A stretch of DNA of 16,323 bases from Octopus sinensis. Taxonomy: Eukaryota. Positions 8,014 through 16,323 of the stretch are shown here, in pieces (position 1 is the stretch's first letter; each line of letters opens with the position of its first letter). A program made the translations under genes and the position numbers. Under the pieces are notes generated by a model. The model was given only the letters and a program-made list of their open reading frames with translations. It ran no database searches and was not told where the DNA came from. The stretch is from the NCBI RefSeq assembly GCF_006345805.1, contig NW_021825186.1:1-16323 (forward strand). The letters are read 5' to 3'.

Positions 8014-8126
8014 AACCAACCACTCTTTCTTCCCTTCTCTGAGCGTCTCATTAAAACTTTGCATGTACTACGTCCTCACGTTGTTGTGTTTTTCTTGTTG
8101 TATTTTTCTTTCTCCTTTTTCTTTAA

Positions 8127-8893
8127 TTTGGGCTGGAAATAAACTTGAAAAAGACTGAAGTCGTACCCCAACCGGCTCCTCAGGAAATTGACAAAACACT
8201 CGCAAAGGCAAACAAAGCATTTCGTAGACTGCACAAGCGTGTGTGGAATAAGAAGCATCTTAAGATCAGCACAAAAGTCAGAGTCTACAGGGCCTTCGTC
8301 CTCACGACACTCCTATATGGCTCTGAGTCCTGGGTCCCCTACCGCTGTCATGTCAGGTTCCTGGAACGTTTTCAGCAACGCTGCCTTCGTACCATCCTCA
8401 ACATGTACTGGAGCGACTACATCACCAACACTGAGGTCCTCAAGCGAGCAAAAGTCACCAGCCTGGAAGCCATTTTACTGGAGACACGACTACGTTGGGC
8501 AGGATACACTGACAAGATGAAAGACCACCACTTACCCAAGATCATCATGTACGGTGAGCTCACCGCAACAGGGGGACACCAAAGAAGCGTTACAAGGACT
8601 GCCTCAAACAGTCCCGTAGCGTTTGTGACATTGATTATCGTGAGTGGATCACTCTAACAGCTGACCATGTAACTTGGCACCATACACATCAGCGATGCTG
8701 TTTCCTCCGTTGAGATCTCTCGCAGTGCCTCTCTTGAAGACAAACGTCAGAGGCGAAAGAATAATGCTGCTGCATCATCAGACCCTGGACAACCACACCT
8801 CTGTCATCATTGCAATCGGATATGTCGATCACACATCATCCTTATCAGCCACGAACGAGCGTGCAGACGACATGGAAAACAGCAAATCGCCCT
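8127..8893 (+). mobile_element. RTE/BovB-like LINE ORF 3' part (RT thumb and C-terminal zinc finger), 5'-truncated and frameshifted
   Basis: FGLEINLKKTEV...AKANKAFRRLHKRVW...TKVRVYRAFVLTTLLYGSESW...LERFQQRCLRTIL...LRWAG...PKIIMYGEL, then after a frameshift GHQKKRYKDCLK and a terminal CHHCNRICRSHIILISHERAC; all typical RTE-clade motifs. In-frame internal deletion between PQPAPQ and EID. Confidence 0.9.
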
Positions 8894-9156
8894 CAGGACT
8901 TATTCTTTGTAAGCCTAGTACTTGTTCTATTGGTCTCTTTTGCCGAACCGCTAAGTTACGGGGACGTAAACACACCAGCACCAGTTGTCAAGCGATTCTA
9001 GGGAGACAAACACAGACACACACACACACACGCACATACATCCATATACATATATACATATATACGACGGGCTTCTTTCAGTCTACCAAATCCACTCACA
9101 AGGTGCCACGCAGTGGGACTGAACCCGGAACCATGTGGTTGATAATCAAGCAACTT
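8894..9156 (-). mobile_element. SINE family A with two internal deletions, lacking the extreme 3' tail
   Basis: Reverse complement aligns with 14449-15093 (TGCCGAACCGCTAAGTTACGGG, GACGGGCTTCTTTCAG, TGCCACGCAGTGGGACTGAACC). Confidence 0.85.
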
Positions 9157-9623
9157 TATTTCATTATATTTGCCATAAAAGCAGTACTTAGAGTGTAGCT
9201 TTGCGGGCTGGACAAGGACATTAATGAAATTAATGATAACGAAACAAGGGGGATCAGGATGGGAGAAGACAAAAAGCGCCTGCCGACTTTTGCTTCTCTA
9301 AAACATTGTTCTTTAAAAAAACAAACACAAAACGAAATATTAAACCTCTTACAGCTTTTACAATTTTTTCAATTTTTTGGACTTCATAGTCCATTACAAA
9401 TAATAACATAGTTCAAAAAACTCAATCATCCGCCTCCCCAACCAGGCTGTACGCTACCCTTAGGCACTGCTCCAGTTCCAGGTTGGGGCCCCAGAATTCA
9501 AATCTGAACATGTCCTTCGAGAAGGCGCCCATCACCCTGAACATAGCGACATCCGATATGACCTTTGTAATCACCGGAGAAGGCCAATCCTCGTCCTATG
9601 TCCAGTACTGACCATGTACTATG

Positions 9624-9715
9624 CTTAAAAAGAATAAGTCCTGGGTTCGATTTGTCCGACTAAAGGTGATGCTTCAGCATGGCCGCAGTCAAATGACTCA
9701 AACAAGTAAAAGAAT
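9624..9715 (+). mobile_element. SINE family A 3' end fragment
   Basis: AGAATAAGTCCTGGGTTCGATTTGTCCGACTAAAGGTGATGCTTCAGCATGGCCGCAGTCAAATGACTCAAACAAGTAAAAGAAT matches 15000-15093. Confidence 0.85.
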
Positions 9716-10089
9716 ATGTGTGTGTGTGTGTTTGTAGCTATGTATATGTATATATATATATTTGTTTTTATGCGTTTATTTAAATTGTTTGTTTGAATTG
9801 GCTATTTATAAATGTGTGTGCGTGTGTATGTGTATGTGTGTGCATAAATACATGTGCATCAATATACACATTTATGTATATAGTTGTACATACATACATA
9901 TGTGTGTGTGTGGGTGTGTGCGAGTGAAAAATGATTGAGTGTCATTTTCTTTAGCTTCATGCTGTGCAATTTATTTGCACATATTTAATGACATAACGCG
10001 AGATTACATAACCTGCGTTACGCAATATGTTTTACTACCAACCAACTCGTCAGACATTTTGTAATGTTGATTATTATCGGTCTACAGGC

Positions 10090-10736
10090 AGATTTATCAA
10101 CATATAGTCAGATCTGAGCACATTAAATTACTATTCACAGCTTTGGTTTCCAAACTCTTCCGGTCTCATAGAAGAGGCAGAACGGTTACAAAGAACGTAC
10201 ACCAGTAAAATGACTTCGGTTAAAAGCTTTAATTACTGTGAACGTTTGAAAGCTCTGCGTCTCTACTGTCTTGAACGACAAAGAGAGAGATGTGCTATCA
10301 TATACGTGTGGAAAATCTTGGTAGGGCATGTTCCAAATTTTGGTATAGGAAAAAATTTCAATACACGAATTGCTAGATAGTGCCAGCTTCCAACTATACG
10401 ACATCGAAATCACGAGCAAAAACACTCTATTGTACCAGTTTGATATTTAGACGTTCCCAATTGGTCAACTGCCTCCCTAAAGAAATCAGAAATATAAAAG
10501 TGACTTGTATTGAAATACTAAAAGAAAAATTAGACAAACTCCTAACGACGGTACCAAACCAGCCGACCATTCAAAGATACACTCAGGGAAGGTCAGCTGC
10601 TACACATTCAATCATATACCATCTTCCAGCCATAAAACAACAACAAAACAGAAAGAAAATAAATTAAGGTGGTGCACCAACATGGCCGCAGTCCTACGAC
10701 CGAAACCACTAAAAGAATAAAAGAATAAAAAGAAAA
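10090..10736 (+). mobile_element. CR1-group LINE ORF2 3' end plus 3' UTR (5'-truncated, dead)
   Basis: LNYYSQLWFP...LQRTYTSKM...YCERLKALRLYCLERQRERCAIIYVWKIL, then after a frameshift NCLPKEIRN...KEKLDKLLTTVPNQP...SIIYHL; matches the CR1-group C-terminal pattern LEYxSxxWxP...YxERLxxLxLxSLxxRR. 3' tail (TAAAAGAA)n. Confidence 0.85.
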
Positions 10737-11144
10737 GTTAGCGGTCAAAATAGAAGAATTATAGTTAAGCAAAAATTATTTTAGTAAATAATTTTTTGCC
10801 AATTATCACTTTTGCTGTATTCGCTAATTTTGTTTCAAGAATCTCAGCATGAAATAAATAGAAAAAAATGTCTCTCTGCATGAAAATGTTGATATTTAAC
10901 GCTACATATGAGAGAGTCCCTGGTCTGATTTAACCAATGAAAATTAGAAAAGCCTAGATACCATCTTCGATGCAAAAACGTTTCATAGCTTTATACCATA
11001 CAACCGTTTGCATCATCGTATAAACGTGAAACTTAGTAACGCCATATTGCTACACCCGAATCTATGCAATTACCTTGTGTAGTATATATTGAGTACCTTT
11101 TTGACTATATATTCAGTACCTTTAAGACAAAAAATCCTATTTGT

Positions 11145-11224
11145 GTATGAATGTATGTACGTATGTATGTATGTATGTATGTATGTATGTATGTATGTAT
11201 GTATGTTGTATGTATGTATGTATG
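11145..11224. repeat. (TATG)n microsatellite; continues at 11484-11541 on the other side of the LINE fragment
   Basis: Read directly from the sequence. Confidence 0.95.
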
Positions 11225-11483
11225 GTGTAACACACCATACTAATCATATCTGTCGGGCATGCGGAAGAGGGTGTAATTCGGCAGGAGGACATAAACGACA
11301 TGCAAAGGTACATGAAGCTCAGTTACAACTACAGCCGGCTATTACCGGTAAAGGTATTAGTTGCCAATTCTGTACAAGACATTGTAGAACTTTAGCTGGG
11401 CTAAAAAGTCACATTCGATCACAGCACCAATAACAGTTAAGCTTCGTGCAATGGCCATGCTCGATAACGAGGGGGCAGCCATA
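11225..11483 (+). mobile_element. 5'-truncated RTE-like LINE 3' end encoding two C2H2 zinc fingers
   Basis: HICRACGRGCNSAGGHKRHAKVH...ISCQFCTRHCRTLAGLKSHIRSQHQ*, then a 50-nt 3' UTR (GGCCATGCTCGATAACGAGGGGGCAGCCAT) and an (ATGT)n tail. The terminal CxxCxRxCxSxxGLxSH motif is characteristic of RTE elements. Confidence 0.7.
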
Positions 11484-11587
11484 ATGTATGTATGTATCTA
11501 TGTATGTATGTATGTATGTATGTATGAATGTATGTATGTATTATTATAAAGATTATAATAATGATGATAATAATAATAATAATAATA

Positions 11588-11638
<51 letters not shown>

Positions 11639-11743
11639 GAGTGAGAGAGCAGTTCATGCCATCAAAGTGACACTGGGGTAAAATATACGAAGCCCAATAT
11701 ACCCATCATGACTACCCGTCTGATAAAGGTACACCAGGCACAT
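11639..11743 (-). mobile_element. Element C, copy 3 (3'-terminal 105 nt)
   Basis: GAGTGAGAGAGCAGTTCATGCCATCAAAGTGACACTGGGGTAAAATATACGAAGCCC... follows (ATT)n 11588-11638 and is the reverse complement of 2455-2558. Confidence 0.85.
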
Positions 11744-11757
11744 CATCATTATTTTTA

Positions 11758-12165
11758 TTATTACCTCCGCTTTGAAAGCGGAGGGCGAGCTGGCAGAAAC
11801 GTTAGCGCGCCGGGCGAAGTGCTTAGCGGTATTTCGTCTGTCGTTACGTTCAAATTCCGCCGAGGTCGACTTTGCCTTTCATCCTTTCGGGGTCGATAAA
11901 TTAAGTACCAGTTACGCACTGGAGTCGATGTAATCGACTTAATACCTATGTCTGTCCTTGTTTGTCCCCTCTATGTTTAGCCCCTTGTGGGCAATAAAGA
12001 AATAGGTATTGTTTTCAGTCATGTTTGTTTGTCCATGGACAAGATATCTCAAGAACAGCTGGATGGATTCGGATGAAACTATCAGGGATGTTTGGCCTCG
12101 TGACTGGCACGAAATTATTAGATTTCGGGATCGATCCGGTACCGGACGAGGATTCTTGATCATTT
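11758..12165 (+). mobile_element. HINE/DINE-1-like non-autonomous element (11758-11784 and 12007-12165) interrupted by a SINE B
   Basis: 5' perfect palindrome CCTCCGCTTT-G-AAAGCGGAGG (11764-11784), continuing after the SINE as TATTGTTTTCAGTCATGTTTGTTTGTCC...GATATCTCAAGAAC...GGATGGATTCGGATGAAACT...TTAGATTTCGGGATCGATCCGG. The architecture resembles, from recall, non-autonomous Helentron-associated elements. Confidence 0.5.
11785..12006 (+). mobile_element. SINE family B monomer (B2 tail)
   Basis: GCGAGCTGGCAGAAACGTTAGCGCGCCGGGCGAAGTGCTTAGCGG...AATTCCGCCGAGGTCGACTTTGCCTTTCATCCTTTCGGGG...GCAATAAAGAAATAGG. Confidence 0.9.
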
Positions 12166-12214
12166 CAGGCCTTGTACCTATAGTAGAAAGGATTATTATT
12201 ATTATATTATTATT

Positions 12215-12334
12215 CAGCAGTTTTATTTTTATAGCGTGCTTTCACTTCACTACCGAGCGCAGCTCTGTGTGCCTTGGGTATGTGCTGTGATTTGTTGTGA
12301 TGCTCTGATGGTTATTGTATGGAAAGTGTTCTGG

Positions 12335-12340
<6 letters not shown>
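12215..12340 (-). mobile_element. R4/Dong family 1: 3'-terminal fragment
   Basis: Near-identical to 13005-13122; flanked by (ATT)n on both sides. Confidence 0.85.
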
Positions 12341-12405
<65 letters not shown>

Positions 12406-12433
12406 GTTATTGTTGTTGTTATTATTATTATTA

Positions 12434-12487
<54 letters not shown>

Positions 12488-12514
12488 GTTGTTGTTTTTA
12501 TTATTATCATTATT

Positions 12515-14422
<1,908 letters not shown>

Positions 14423-14448
14423 ATTATTATTATTATTATTATTATTAT

Positions 14449-15093
14449 GTTCAGTCCCACTATGTGGCACCTTCTGCAAGTGTTTTCTACTATAGCCTCG
14501 GGCCAACAAAAGCCTTGTGAGTGGATTTGGTAGACGGAAACTGAAAGAAGCCCGTCGGATATATATATATATATACTAGCAGTATCGCCCGGCGTTGCTC
14601 GGGTTTGTAAGGGAAATAACTATATAAGCATTTTTAAAGAGTTACTTCCCTTATATAATAGCAAAAAAATGCATTAAAAAATGGGAAAAAATTATGGTAA
14701 TAGACGCGCGCTAAAACCTAGAAGGGCTCGATATGAATCACGACTATAAGATACCCGCTTTTGGTTACACTGCACCGCAAAATGTGGGAGTAGTTAGGAA
14801 TCTAAATCGTAGGAGACAGACACACAACTTCACTTTTATATATAAAGATATATATATATAATATAATGTATGTGTGTGCATATGTTTGAGTGTGTTTGTC
14901 CCCACACTATCGCTTGACAACCGATGCTTGTGAGTTTATGTTCCCGTAACTTAGCGGTTCGGCAAAAAGAGACCAATAGAATAAGTACTAGGCTTACAAA
15001 GAATAAGTCCTGGGGTCGATTTTCTCGACTAAAGGCGGTGCTCCAGCATGGCCGCAGTCAAATGACTGAAGCAAATAAAAGAATAAAAGAATC
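14449..15093 (+). mobile_element. SINE family A (5' head clipped), interrupted by a Helitron
   Basis: GTTCAGTCCCACTATGTGGCACC...GAAAGAAGCCCGTCG-(TA)n-[insert]-(TA/TG)n-TTTGTCCC...CCCGTAACTTAGCGGTTCGGCAAAAAGAGACC...CATGGCCGCAGTCAAATGACTGAAGC-(AATAAAAG)n. Confidence 0.9.
14576..14848 (-). mobile_element. Complete non-autonomous Helitron (273 bp)
   Basis: Minus strand: A|TCTTTATATATAAAAGTG...CCCGAGCAACGCCGGG (3' hairpin, 14603-14588)...CTAG|T. This gives the canonical 5' TC, 3' CTAG, subterminal GC hairpin and A|T insertion without a TSD. Confidence 0.9.
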
Positions 15094-15117
15094 ATTACTA
15101 CTACTACTACTATTATA

Positions 15118-15535
15118 GGGCGGCGAGCTGGCAGAAACGCTAGCACGCCGGGCGAAATGCTTAGCGGTATTTCGGCCGCCGTTACGTTCTGAGTTCAAAT
15201 TCCGCCGAGGTCGACTTTGTCTTTCATACTTTCGGGGTCGATAAATTAAGTACCAGTTACGCACTGGGGTTGATGTAATCGACTTAATCCGTTTGTCTGT
15301 CATTGTTTGTCCTCTCTGTGTTTAGCCCTTTGTGGGTCGTAAAGAAATAGGTATTTCCGCTGCTGTTACGTTCTGAGTTCAAATTCCGCCGAGGTCGACT
15401 TTGCCTTTCATCCTTTCGGGATCGGTCGATAAATTAAGTACCAGTTACGCACTGGGGTCGACATAATCGACTTAATGTGTTTGCCTGTCCTTGTTTGTCC
15501 CCTCTGTGTTTAGCCCCTTGTGGATAGTAAAGAAA
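15118..15535 (+). mobile_element. SINE family B dimer (full B2 plus headless B2)
   Basis: GGGCGGCGAGCTGGCAGAAACGCTAGCACGCC...AAAGAAATAG|GTATTTCCGCTGCTGTTACGTTCTGAGTTCAAATTCC...GTAAAGAAAA. Confidence 0.9.
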
Positions 15536-15984
15536 AATATTATTGTTGTTGTTGTTATTATTAGTATTAGTTTGGTACTTATATAGTTGAATCACGATAT
15601 TAAGCATATATTAACGACGACGACGATGATGATGTTGATTATAAATACCTTGCGGTATCTGAATGCATCCCTGTTGATATTTCAGTTGTTATGTTGCTGT
15701 TGTATACACTCAGCCGTTGTTCTTGTTGTTTATCGCCGCAACATTTTATTAACATTGTTCTTACGACTAATTTCCGTTGCGTTTGTCGTTGTTATTGCTG
15801 TTGTTGCTGACGTTGTCAATGTCATTACCGGTATTTATCATGGTTCGATATATTCAACCAATATACGGTGTCATAAAAACTATTATCGATCAGCCATCGA
15901 CCAGCGATTGCGTTGACAGTGTGTTAGAGAAAGAAAAATAAAAGGAAAAAGAAAAAATAACAAAAACAACACAAAGAGGAATTA

Positions 15985-16050
<66 letters not shown>
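15985..16050. repeat. (GA)n microsatellite
   Basis: Read directly from the sequence. Confidence 0.95.
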
Positions 16051-16052
<2 letters not shown>

Positions 16053-16323
16053 CTAATGAGATGTGTCGTTGTAAACTTGCTAGCGGATGTAGTTAATTTG
16101 AGTGCTCTCCCCTCATTGAAGAACTCTCTCTCGTTGATTGTATTACTCTCTCTCTCCCTGTGGCTGTGACACTTCTCAGAGAAAGTGAAGTACCGAAACA
16201 GCGCCGCTTGTTCGTGTTAATACTCTTCACTGACTTCCGGCGCCAGAAACAGTTTTTATGCAGATCGAGTTTCTCTAACGACCATAATGAATATCAGAGT
16301 CGATAAGTTATTATATCTTGCTG

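Noticed and set aside
11089-11433. Host C2H2 zinc-finger gene exon (a family expanded in octopus)
   Set aside because: No TGEKP linkers; the N-terminal half of the ORF is (TATG)n; the fingers are followed by a short UTR and repeat tail typical of an RTE LINE 3' end.
15587-15916. 109-aa ORF
   Set aside because: Degenerate (GTT/GAT)n low-complexity sequence with a non-ATG start and no domain.

Overview
AT-rich eukaryotic genomic DNA made almost entirely of interspersed repeats and microsatellites. The repeat landscape (tRNA-derived SINEs, (AAT)n-associated R4/Dong LINEs, RTE and CR1 LINE fragments, many (AAT)n/(TA)n/(TATG)n tracts) looks like Octopus or another coleoid cephalopod; this is inferred from recall of repeat families, not from a search. 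No intact host protein-coding gene, RNA gene or CRISPR array can be supported, and most ORFs in the track are microsatellite artefacts. Recognisable protein remnants are all dead retrotransposon or transposon pieces: an L1/Tx1-like RT fragment (305-500, -), a mariner-derived MITE (5951-6169), an RTE/BovB-like LINE (8127-8893), a CR1-like LINE 3' end (10090-10736), an RTE-like 3' end with two C2H2 fingers (11225-11483), and two R4/Dong families (12515-12868; 13005-14422 plus a 3' fragment at 12215-12340). A complete 273-bp non-autonomous Helitron sits inside a SINE (14576-14848). The most notable structures are: a same-polarity stack of (AAT)n-inserted elements at 11.6-14.45 kb; a ~500-bp non-coding 'element C' found only in (AAT)n tracts, with two copies forming a long inverted pair (889-2558); a SINE 3' end that matches the CR1 LINE 3' end in the same window; a 174-bp hairpin with 54-bp arms (5523-5696); a decayed Penelope-type hammerhead motif (~7987-8013); and a CpG-rich unique island (3660-5345) with minus-strand splice signals that may be the 5' end of a host gene. 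All coordinates were read by eye and may be off by a few nucleotides at repeat edges.
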